64,000 bases of DNA, from NCBI GenBank assembly GCA_045539815.1, contig JAZQGC010000010.1:27583-91582 (forward strand). The letters run 5' to 3'. The notes under the pieces are model-generated. The model did no database searches. It was not told the origin of the DNA and was given only the letters and a program-made list of their open reading frames with translations. Below are positions 17,875-26,304 of the stretch, one piece after another. The number at the start of each line of letters is the position of its first letter. The first letter of the stretch is position 1. The position numbers and the translations under genes were made by a program. This DNA is from Candidatus Enterousia sp. (GTDB taxonomy: Bacteria > Pseudomonadota > Alphaproteobacteria > Rs-D84).

Positions 17875-18414
17875 TTATACTTTGCGTATACTAAATTCGC
17901 AACCACAATAATTCTGGCGATAAAAATCAGATTCACGATTTGTTTGTATACGCAGATTTTCATCCCATTTTATGGGCATATACATAATATTGTCACATAC
18001 ATTTTCTGCGGCGTTATCCACCTGGGTTTGGTTTTTATGACGCGATACGCCCAATACACTGGCAACTGCGTTATAGCCATTTTCGCGGGCAAATTTTACT
18101 GCGCGACGAAAACGGTATTCAAAGCACAGACTGCAACGTGCCCCACGTTCAGGTTCTGTTTCGTATCCGCGAACAGCATCACGCCACGCGTCATGGTCAT
18201 ATTCCAGAACGGCATATTTTGCGCCCAAACTTTCACAGTATTTAATCTGTTCCTGCATGCGTTTTGTATATTCTGATTCTGGGAAAATATTTGGGTTATA
18301 AAACAACACGATAAAGTCATCGATATTATCGATTTGTTTTTCGGCCAACTGCCTGATTGCACCCGCCGAACACGGCGCACAACAAGACAACAAAACAACG
18401 CGTAATCCGGACAT
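17875..18414 (-). CDS. queH: epoxyqueuosine reductase QueH (DUF208 family)
   Basis: 179 aa with LLSCCAPCS, RCSLCFEYRF and YCGCEFS cysteine motifs characteristic of QueH. Confidence 0.75.
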   Translation of the reverse strand: MSGLRVVLLSCCAPCSAGAIRQLAEKQIDNIDDFIVLFYNPNIFPESEYTKRMQEQIKYCESLGAKYAVLEYDHDAWRDAVRGYETEPERGARCSLCFEYRFRRAVKFARENGYNAVASVLGVSRHKNQTQVDNAAENVCDNIMYMPIKWDENLRIQTNRESDFYRQNYCGCEFSIRKV

Positions 18415-18419
18415 TTTTA

Positions 18420-18707
18420 TTACATTTGATAAGATGCTTCACGTACTTTTTGTATCAGTCGCAACGCGTCATTTATTTTTTTTGTTGTCAGTTCAATATT
18501 TAATACGGGTTTTTTGCGTTTATAATGATATCTTGCGTTTGAAAAGATATGCGTGATACCGTGAACGACTGTACAGCGTTTTGGATTTTTGCAATTCTTT
18601 TTACAGTTTGCGCATAATATAACAGTGCTAAGAACCGTTTCTGGATTTTTTTTATTCAGTTCGTATGTTCCAACGACACGAATCATCCGCATTGAATTAT
18701 TCATCAT
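18420..18707 (-). CDS. hypothetical basic protein (95 aa) with a CxxCxxxCxxxxxC cluster
   Basis: ATGA overlap with the metG stop and 5 nt upstream of queH. Contains CANCKKNCKNPKRC. No family recognised. Confidence 0.35.
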   Translation of the reverse strand: MMNNSMRMIRVVGTYELNKKNPETVLSTVILCANCKKNCKNPKRCTVVHGITHIFSNARYHYKRKKPVLNIELTTKKINDALRLIQKVREASYQM

Positions 18708-20692
18708 TTGTATTCATCCCCAATGTTATAAGATGCGTCCAGTTCAATAATTTGTGTGTCATCGTCATTTACGCCGATTTCTGCGCCGCTGCACATCATG
18801 CCGAACGATTCGATACCTGCAACAGTGCGCTGGGCCAATGGTTTTTTTACACCTGGTAATTTTGCACCAACTGGCGCCAAAACCCCACGCAAACCCACGC
18901 GTACATTTGGCGCGCCACATACGATTTGAACATTTTCATCGCCGCCCGTGTTCACAGACAGAATATGCAAATTATCGCGTTCTGGGTGATTTTTTACATC
19001 AACAATTTCTGCGACGGTCAGTTTTGGTGAATTATCGACTTGTTTTGGTGTGTACTTTTCGGTCAGTTCTGCAATCTTGGCATCATCGATACGATTGAAC
19101 AAGTTTTCCGGCACGATAAATTCATCGCCATCATTAATACGATGTTCGTATGATTTTGGCCAAGACAAATCATGTGCGTTTACAAAAACATTTTGCATTT
19201 TTTCTGCGGCACTTGGGATTATTGGCGCAGACACGCGTGCAAACAAATCAATCATTTGCATACATTCATTTAATACAGCCCCTGCCCCTGCTATATCGCC
19301 ATTTTTAATCATTGCCCATGGTTCCATTTTGGTCATATATTCATTTGCAATTGCGTATAAACCGCGCAGTGCCGCGATTGATTTACGGAATTCACATGCT
19401 TCCAATGCAGATGTTAATTCAGATATTTTTTCATTGATTTGTGATTCCAGTTCTGGATTTTTTTCACCAGCGTTTGGAACGTTATTACCAAAATTTTTCT
19501 GTGTTAATTTGCAAACGCGTGATACGAAATTTCCAAGCATTCCGTTCAGGTCTTTGTTAACAATATCTGCGAAACGTGCAACTGTAAAATCTGTATCATC
19601 TGTTTCTGGTGCGCTTGCCATCAGTGCATAACGCCAGCAATCCGCGGGTGCATCATTGATTGCCTCGTTCAAGAATATTCCGTTACCTGTTGATTTTGAA
19701 ATCTTGGCACCATTAAAATTCAAGAAATTAAATCCCTTTAATATATCAACTGTTTTCCAGTTATCGTTCATCGCCAATTCTTGGGCGGGGAAAAATATAG
19801 AATGGAACGATACATTATCTTTGGCCATAAATTGGGCATATTTTACATCGTCACCACCATGCCACCAATCGGCCCAGTTTTCATTTGCCGCCTGAGATAT
19901 TGAAACATATCCCCATGGCGCATCGAACCAAACATAGAATACTTTGTTTTCATAACCTGGTTTATTAACAGGAATCCCCCATTTTAAATCGCGTGTGATT
20001 GGGCTGTCGTGCAAACCTTCTTCCAGCCATTTATTTGCGATTGCCAATGCGGTTTTTGACCATCCGACGCGTGAATCAATCCATGCGCGTAATTTATCCT
20101 GCATGGCGCTGGTTTTGAAATACAAGTGTTTTGTTTCGCGCATTTCAACAGGCGATGTTGGATCGACTGCACTGTGTGGGTTTATTAATTGTTCTGGTTC
20201 CAGTGTTGCGCCACATTTTCCGCATTCGTTACCATATGCCCCGTCAAAACCGCATTTTGGGCAAGTGCCGATAACATATCGGTCTGCCAGAAACATATTT
20301 TCGTTAATTGAATATGGTTGCATAGATGCTTTTTCAACAATCATATTTTCTTGTTCCAGACGCAAGAATAACGCTTGGATTAAATCCTGGTGTTTTTGTG
20401 TATGTGTACGGCCATATATATCAAATGACAAATTAAAGTCGCGAACAGATTGTTCGTGTGCCTGACGGTATTTATCAACATATTCTTCCACGGGCATATT
20501 TTCTTTTCTGGCACCGACTTCGCTGGTTGTACCGTGTTCATCAGCCCCGCAAACATATAAAACATCACGCCCCATTGCGCGACAAAAGCGCGCATAAACA
20601 TCCGATGGTAACCAGCATCCAACCAAATGTCCAATATGCAAATTGTTGTTAACATACGGTAATGCAGATGTAATTAAATATTTTTTTGCCAT
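18704..20692 (-). CDS. metG: methionine--tRNA ligase with a C-terminal tRNA-binding domain
   Basis: 662 aa with HIGH (NNNLHIGHL), KMSKS (KISKSTG) and a Zn-knuckle (CPKCG...CGKCG). The C-terminal Trbp111-like domain (HILSVNTGG...IVCGAPNVRVG) parallels the pheT N-terminus. Confidence 0.95.
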   Translation of the reverse strand: MAKKYLITSALPYVNNNLHIGHLVGCWLPSDVYARFCRAMGRDVLYVCGADEHGTTSEVGARKENMPVEEYVDKYRQAHEQSVRDFNLSFDIYGRTHTQKHQDLIQALFLRLEQENMIVEKASMQPYSINENMFLADRYVIGTCPKCGFDGAYGNECGKCGATLEPEQLINPHSAVDPTSPVEMRETKHLYFKTSAMQDKLRAWIDSRVGWSKTALAIANKWLEEGLHDSPITRDLKWGIPVNKPGYENKVFYVWFDAPWGYVSISQAANENWADWWHGGDDVKYAQFMAKDNVSFHSIFFPAQELAMNDNWKTVDILKGFNFLNFNGAKISKSTGNGIFLNEAINDAPADCWRYALMASAPETDDTDFTVARFADIVNKDLNGMLGNFVSRVCKLTQKNFGNNVPNAGEKNPELESQINEKISELTSALEACEFRKSIAALRGLYAIANEYMTKMEPWAMIKNGDIAGAGAVLNECMQMIDLFARVSAPIIPSAAEKMQNVFVNAHDLSWPKSYEHRINDGDEFIVPENLFNRIDDAKIAELTEKYTPKQVDNSPKLTVAEIVDVKNHPERDNLHILSVNTGGDENVQIVCGAPNVRVGLRGVLAPVGAKLPGVKKPLAQRTVAGIESFGMMCSGAEIGVNDDDTQIIELDASYNIGDEYK

Positions 20693-20718
20693 TTTTACTG
20701 TGTCCTTTGCCTGTGTTT

Positions 20719-20748
20719 AAAAAAAATAGACGCCAACGGGGGCGTCTA
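20719..20748 (-). terminator. intrinsic terminator inside the metG 5' leader (attenuator)
   Basis: Minus strand TAGACGCC-CCCGTT-GGCGTCTA plus T8, 26 nt upstream of the metG ATG. Confidence 0.7.
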
Positions 20749-20774
20749 CCGATTCCCGTTGATTATTTCTATGA

Positions 20775-20798
20775 TTAAATTTGCATTCGTATCATCAT
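20775..20798 (-). CDS. putative Met-rich leader peptide MMIRMQI
   Basis: ATG ATG ATA CGA ATG CAA ATT TAA. Too short for the ORF track. A TAAAAT -10-like hexamer (20809-20804) lies 5 nt upstream. Confidence 0.4.
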   Translation of the reverse strand: MMIRMQI

Positions 20799-20807
20799 AA
20801 TTAATTT

Positions 20808-20845
20808 TATCCTGTGTTTTTATTTATGGTGGGTGGTATTGGACT
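20808..20845 (-). repeat. direct repeat copy A: duplicate of the tRNA-Val 3' end (19 nt) plus 16 nt of downstream flank
   Basis: tatcctgtgtttttat-tta-tggtgggtggtattggact versus 20955-20991 tatcctgtgtttttat-tg-tggtgggtggtattggact. Confidence 0.9.
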
Positions 20846-20954
20846 GGTCTTGCGACCGCACAGGCGCAAATCGGCGGTGCCGACCGCGATACCCCCGTAT
20901 CGCTTTTGCTGGTTGTCGAACCAACACTGTTGGTTCTTCGTCCAATAAAAACGA
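20846..20954 (-). other. 109-nt GC-rich, hairpin-rich insert between the tRNA-Val 3'-end repeats (function unknown)
   Basis: Minus strand contains GAACCAAC-AGT-GTTGGTTC, GCGATAC-GGGG-GTATCGC, TCGGC-ACC-GCCGA and GGTC-GCAA-GACC. It is much more GC-rich than its surroundings. Confidence 0.4.
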
Positions 20955-20991
20955 TATCCTGTGTTTTTATTGTGGTGGGTGGTATTGGACT
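20955..20991 (-). repeat. direct repeat copy B (overlaps the genuine tRNA-Val 3' end)
   Basis: See copy A. Confidence 0.9.
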
Positions 20992-21049
20992 CGAACCAAC
21001 GACCTTTACGATGTCAACGTAACGCTCTAACCAACTGAGCTAACCACCC
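20973..21049 (-). tRNA. tRNA-Val (anticodon GAC), CCA encoded
   Basis: Reverse complement is GGGTGGTTAGCTCAGTTGGTTAGAGCGTTACGTTGACATCGTAAAGGTCGTTGGTTCGAGTCCAATACCACCCACCA. It folds as a cloverleaf with anticodon loop TTGACAT. Confidence 0.9.
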
Positions 21050-21062
21050 ATAAAGCCAAATG

Positions 21063-21090
21063 ATTATAACAAAGAAAAATCTAAATGCAA
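21063..21090 (-). promoter_or_regulatory. strong sigma70-type promoter for tRNA-Val
   Basis: TTGCAT (21090-21085), 16 nt, TATAAT (21068-21063). The tRNA 5' end lies 13 nt downstream. Confidence 0.6.
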
Positions 21091-21127
21091 ATAATAAATA
21101 TGTTCGCGCGTTATTTAGATTTATTTG

Positions 21128-21559
21128 TTATTTTACTTTTTTTATTTGTTCATATATGTTTGCATATTTATCAGGAAACAAAGTTTGCCCAAATGTCTCG
21201 GACATAAAACTGTTACAGCATTTTCCATTTTGCATATTTCTTAAACACGTTTGAAAGCATTGGTCTGGGGTCATATTTGTTGTTTGTCTTTTTGTGTTAT
21301 TACAGTGCATGCACTTTGGTTTATCGATATACACATCCATTATGCTTTGATATGTTTTGTCGTGTTTTGATACTTGGTATACGGTATTGATTACAACATC
21401 GATTTTATCGCCATAGCATATGTTGTTTGTTGGTGTGATTTGCCCGATTTTTTCTAATAATTCATGTGCTGCATCTGTTGATATTTCTGGTCCAAACGGT
21501 GTTGCATCAGAATTATATTGGTTGCGCAAAAAAAATATCTGTGACAGTTTTTCAATCAT
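21128..21559 (-). CDS. hypothetical Cys-motif protein, paralog 2 (143 aa)
   Basis: C-terminal half aligns with the neighbouring ORF through the motif DQC-x3-C-x6-G(K/R)C-x9/10-(I/F)G-x2-LFP-x-(K/M)Y. Confidence 0.5.
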   Translation of the reverse strand: MIEKLSQIFFLRNQYNSDATPFGPEISTDAAHELLEKIGQITPTNNICYGDKIDVVINTVYQVSKHDKTYQSIMDVYIDKPKCMHCNNTKRQTTNMTPDQCFQTCLRNMQNGKCCNSFMSETFGQTLFPDKYANIYEQIKKVK

Positions 21560-21566
21560 ATTATGA

Positions 21567-21983
21567 CTATTTTATTTTTTCATACATTTCAGGAAATAAC
21601 TTTATTCCAATTGTATTTATTATTTGTGCATCTGTACATCTGCCGGCAGATATACTGTTGCTGCACATTTTTGCGCATTGGTCTTGTGATATGATATCAA
21701 TTGGTGTGTCGTTTGATATGCATGTCATTTTGACTGGTTTTTTTGTATCTATTATCAGTTGTTGTTCTGTTGCAGGACCATATTCTGTTTCTATTGTATG
21801 TGTATCACGATATATATTTATACTGTTCATATAACAACAGGTTTTATCAAATTTATATTGTTTTGCTGCATCGATTAATTCTTGTGCCAGTGTTTCTGAT
21901 ATTCTTTTTTTCAGTTTGGCATGACCCAGAACATCACCCAGATTACATTTTATATATACATTAATGTCTTTTTTTTCATGCAT
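21567..21983 (-). CDS. hypothetical Cys-motif protein, paralog 1 (138 aa)
   Basis: SQDQCAKMCSNSISAGRCTDAQIINTIGIKLFPEMYEKIK aligns with TPDQCFQTCLRNMQNGKCCNSFMSETFGQTLFPDKYANIYEQIKKVK in the downstream ORF. Confidence 0.5.
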   Translation of the reverse strand: MHEKKDINVYIKCNLGDVLGHAKLKKRISETLAQELIDAAKQYKFDKTCCYMNSINIYRDTHTIETEYGPATEQQLIIDTKKPVKMTCISNDTPIDIISQDQCAKMCSNSISAGRCTDAQIINTIGIKLFPEMYEKIK

Positions 21984-22017
21984 TTTCTACGCTCTTATTT
22001 TTTTATGTGCAAAGCGT

Positions 22018-22045
22018 ATCTTAGCACGATTGTCTGTCCAGTCAA
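22018..22045 (-). promoter_or_regulatory. sigma70-type promoter for the paralog pair
   Basis: TTGACT (22045-22040), 16 nt, TAAGAT (22023-22018). Confidence 0.5.
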
Positions 22046-22061
22046 GTGTTGTATAAAAAAA

Positions 22062-22087
22062 TAAAAACCGGTAATTCACCGGTTTTT
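22062..22087 (-). terminator. intrinsic terminator after accC
   Basis: AACCGGT-AATTC-ACCGGTT with a T-tract. Confidence 0.7.
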
Positions 22088-22090
22088 GTA

Positions 22091-23431
22091 TTACTTCAAG
22101 AATTTTTCCAACCATTTATTATCAAAGTTTAATTGTTTAACATCTTTGTTTGCCAACAGTTTTCGTTGCAAAGGTATTGTTGTTTTTACGCCTTCGATAA
22201 CAAATTCGTCCAATGCGCGTGTTGCACGCATTATACATGCGGGTCTGTTTTGTGCATGTACAATTAATTTTGCAATCATTGAATCGTATGTTGGTGGGAT
22301 TGTGTATCCTGTGTATACAGCGCTGTCTACGCGCACGCCCAGTCCGCCAGATGGCGCATACAATGAAATTTTTCCTGGGTTTGGCATAAATGTTTCTGGG
22401 TCTTCTGCATTTATACGAAATTCAATTGCATGTCCATTTGGTATAACATTTGATTGCGTATACCCCAGTTTTTCACCCGCGGCCACCCTGATTTGTTCAC
22501 GAACCAAATCGATGCCGTATACCATTTCTGTTACGGGATGTTCGACCTGTAATCTGGTATTCATTTCCAAGAAATAGAAATTACCGTCTTCGAACATAAA
22601 TTCAAATGTTCCTGCATTTGTGTATCCCATTTTTTTTGCGGCGTTTTTACAGATTTCAATCATATCGTCGCGTTGTTTTTGGGATAATATTGCGGCGGGG
22701 CATTCTTCCATAATCTTTTGATTGCGTCTTTGCAACGAGCAATCACGTTCACCGAAAATAACAACATTTCCATGCTTGTCACCCAAGACCTGGAATTCGA
22801 TATGTCTGGGGTGTGTTAACAGCTTTTCCATATACAGTGTTCCGTCGCCAAACGCGGACAGTGCCTCGTTCTTGGTCAGTTGAAAAGCCTCGTGCATTTC
22901 TTGTTCGCATGTAACTGGTCGCATACCGCGTCCGCCACCGCCAGCCGCAGCTTTCAGCATAACAGGATATCCGATTTTTTGCGCTGTATCCAGTGCCACT
23001 TCCAGTGTTTCGACGGCGCCATCAGAACCCGGTACCACGGGCAATCCACATTCTATTGCGGTTTTTTTTGCATTAACCTTGTCGCCCATTTTTGTAATCA
23101 TTTCTGGCGCGGGTCCAATCCATATCATACCGTGTTGTTCAACCTTGGCTGCAAAATCCGCGCGTTCAGACAAGAACCCATAACCTGGGTGTATTGCATC
23201 TGCGTTTGTCAGTAATGCCGCGGTTAATATTGCGGATTCATTTAAATAAGAATCCTTGGCTGGTGCGGGTCCGATACATACGGATTCGTCTGCCAGTTGT
23301 ACATGCATTGCATCTTTGTCTGCGGTTGAATATATTGCGACGGTACGAATACCCATATCGCGACATGCGCGAATTACACGCAGTGCAATTTCACCGCGGT
23401 TTGCAATTAATACTTTTTTTATTTGTGACAT
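22091..23431 (-). CDS. accC: acetyl-CoA carboxylase biotin carboxylase subunit
   Basis: 446 aa with an ATP-grasp fold (KAAAGGGGRGMR, EMNTRLQVEHPVTE). Downstream of accB. Confidence 0.95.
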   Translation of the reverse strand: MSQIKKVLIANRGEIALRVIRACRDMGIRTVAIYSTADKDAMHVQLADESVCIGPAPAKDSYLNESAILTAALLTNADAIHPGYGFLSERADFAAKVEQHGMIWIGPAPEMITKMGDKVNAKKTAIECGLPVVPGSDGAVETLEVALDTAQKIGYPVMLKAAAGGGGRGMRPVTCEQEMHEAFQLTKNEALSAFGDGTLYMEKLLTHPRHIEFQVLGDKHGNVVIFGERDCSLQRRNQKIMEECPAAILSQKQRDDMIEICKNAAKKMGYTNAGTFEFMFEDGNFYFLEMNTRLQVEHPVTEMVYGIDLVREQIRVAAGEKLGYTQSNVIPNGHAIEFRINAEDPETFMPNPGKISLYAPSGGLGVRVDSAVYTGYTIPPTYDSMIAKLIVHAQNRPACIMRATRALDEFVIEGVKTTIPLQRKLLANKDVKQLNFDNKWLEKFLK

Positions 23432-23436
23432 TTTGA

Positions 23437-23883
23437 TTATTCGATAATAACAAGTGGTTGATCAAACTCAACAGCGGCACCATCTGACACTAAAATTTCT
23501 TTGACGACACCATCTTTATCAGATTTGATTGGGTTAAATGTTTTCATTGCCTCTACCAATGCGACTGTATCACCGGCCTTGACCGATGCACCAACAGTTA
23601 CAAAAGTGTTTGCGCCCGGTTCTGGTGCCAGATATACAACCCCAACCATTGGCGATTTTAACAAGTGACCACATAATGGTTTTTCTGTGCTGGTAACACA
23701 TTCCACCTTGGATTCAGTAATATTTGCGTTTGAAACAGTTGTGGCCGCAACGACCTGTTGTTTTGATAAATGAATATGTTTACGATAAACGCCGAACAAA
23801 AATTGGCGTTCTAATTCCAGTTCTGTAATACCCATATCATCCATGATTTTTGACATAGATTCAACGGTTGCACGAAATGACAT
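23437..23883 (-). CDS. accB: biotin carboxyl carrier protein
   Basis: 148 aa with the biotinyl-lysine motif LVEAMKTFN. Confidence 0.9.
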   Translation of the reverse strand: MSFRATVESMSKIMDDMGITELELERQFLFGVYRKHIHLSKQQVVAATTVSNANITESKVECVTSTEKPLCGHLLKSPMVGVVYLAPEPGANTFVTVGASVKAGDTVALVEAMKTFNPIKSDKDGVVKEILVSDGAAVEFDQPLVIIE

Positions 23884-23951
23884 TTTTTATCCTTATGTTA
23901 ATTTTTTCTATTTCGCATATAATATAAATTGTATCATATTAACAGGCTTTG

Positions 23952-24188
23952 TCAAGGCACAGGGTCATATCCGCACCCGCCACCCGGCCTGCATCGTATT
24001 ATGCGTTTTATCCCCATCCATCCGCCACGAACAACGCCGTATTTTAGTATTGCTTGTTTTGTGTATTCGCTGCATGTTGGTGTAAAACGGCATGCCGCCC
24101 TGCCCCCGATAAGCGGTGAAACAGCACACTGATAGCAATTTATCAATGCGACAGATATTTTTTTAAACCAGGGCTTTCTTTTATGCAT
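23952..24188 (-). CDS. yidD: membrane protein insertion efficiency factor YidD
   Basis: CRFTPTCSEY and CRPGGGCGYDPVP motifs. Overlaps the rnpA stop by 8 nt. Confidence 0.85.
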   Translation of the reverse strand: MHKRKPWFKKISVALINCYQCAVSPLIGGRAACRFTPTCSEYTKQAILKYGVVRGGWMGIKRIIRCRPGGGCGYDPVP

Positions 24189-24558
24189 CTAATTGTTGTT
24201 TACGCATGTAATGCAGGGCTTTTTTCATTGCAGTACGCCCAGATGTTCTGTCTGCGTCCAGTATTGATCTGCGTGCGACAAAAACATAATCCCAATCTGG
24301 TCGCATAAATTTGTCGTTGTGCGCAATCCAGTCGCGCAACAGTCTTTTTGCACGGTTTCTGTCCACAGCGTGTTTAAATGTGCGTTTTGTGACAATTAAT
24401 CCGTATTGTGGATTATCAGGATTTTTTGCCATTTTTGCGCGCACTAAAAAATATGCGCTTTTTGCGCACGGGCAAGAATCGGCGGTTTTAAAATCAACAT
24501 GTTTTTTTATTGTGTCTCGCATAATGGGCATATAATAGCATAATATATTATAAATCAA
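24181..24558 (-). CDS. rnpA: ribonuclease P protein component
   Basis: GLIVTKRTFKHAVDRNRAKRLLRDWI is the typical RnpA basic core. The true start is probably an internal Met (24531 or 24522). No rpmH immediately upstream. Confidence 0.8.
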   Translation of the reverse strand: MIYNILCYYMPIMRDTIKKHVDFKTADSCPCAKSAYFLVRAKMAKNPDNPQYGLIVTKRTFKHAVDRNRAKRLLRDWIAHNDKFMRPDWDYVFVARRSILDADRTSGRTAMKKALHYMRKQQLDA

Positions 24559-24635
24559 ATAAATTTGTTGGGTTTTCTTGATTTTTTAAATATCGTGATT
24601 TATAGTGCAAAAAAACGAATTTTTTATGGGGTTAA

Positions 24636-25688
<1,053 letters not shown>

Positions 25689-25717
25689 AAAAAGAACCGC
25701 CAAACGGCGGTTTTTTT
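25689..25717. terminator. bidirectional intrinsic terminator (mreB / infC convergent)
   Basis: A-tract, then AACCGCC-AAAC-GGCGGTT, then T7. Confidence 0.7.
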
Positions 25718-26264
25718 ATTTTACTGGTGCAACAATAATGGATTTTGTTCGTTCGTCTGGTTTAGACTTTGATTCCATTGTACCTTTGTCACCAATTAAT
25801 TCCATAACACGCGCAAATAATTCTGGGACTGCATCTTTACCGCGTGCCAAGACTTTCTTGGACCCCCTGGTCATAACAGAAATTTTAACTTTGTTGCCCT
25901 CTTCCAAGAATTCAAAAACCTTTTTCAATTTGATATTTAAATCATTTTCTTCAATAAAGGGTTTTACCCAAACTTCTTTTAATTCGATTGTTTTTTGGTT
26001 TTTGCGTGCTTCTGATGCGCGTTTTTTTTGTTCGTATTTGAATTTACCATAGTCCATAATTTTTGCAATTGGCACTGGACCATTTGCGTTCATTTCAACC
26101 AGGTCTAATCCGTCTTCTTCTGCCATTTGCAATGCTTTTGCGGTCGGCATTACGCCCAGATTTTGGCCATCTGCACTAATTACTTGAACTGATTTTGCAA
26201 AAATCCGGTTGTTTATACGCGGACCTGCGTCGCGACGATTATCACGATTAAATGTTGGTTTAAT
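25716..26264 (-). CDS. infC: translation initiation factor IF-3, ATT start codon
   Basis: The track ORF starts at an internal Met (26150). The same frame continues upstream to ATT at 26264-26262, preceded by AAGGAG: I-KPTFNRDNRRDAGPRINNRIFAKSVQVISADGQNLGVMPTAKA... is the typical IF-3 N-terminal domain. Confidence 0.85.
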   Translation of the reverse strand: MKPTFNRDNRRDAGPRINNRIFAKSVQVISADGQNLGVMPTAKALQMAEEDGLDLVEMNANGPVPIAKIMDYGKFKYEQKKRASEARKNQKTIELKEVWVKPFIEENDLNIKLKKVFEFLEEGNKVKISVMTRGSKKVLARGKDAVPELFARVMELIGDKGTMESKSKPDERTKSIIVAPVK

Positions 26265-26304
26265 TGTAGGCTCCTTTGTTACAATATGCGAAAATTATTA
26301 ACTA

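Noticed and set aside
20846-20954. Possibility that the GC-rich insert is a two-piece tmRNA part, SRP (4.5S) RNA or a second tRNA.
   Set aside because: The acceptor-like end gives G3:C70 rather than the G:U needed for tmRNA/Ala identity. No matching 5' acceptor strand is present. There is no SRP domain IV motif (GGAA tetraloop flanked by the conserved AGCA/GUCAGG loops) on either strand. No cloverleaf can be drawn.
20833-21030. 65-aa plus-strand ORF.
   Set aside because: It overlaps tRNA-Val and the GC-rich insert on the opposite strand. It is an artefact of GC-rich structured DNA.
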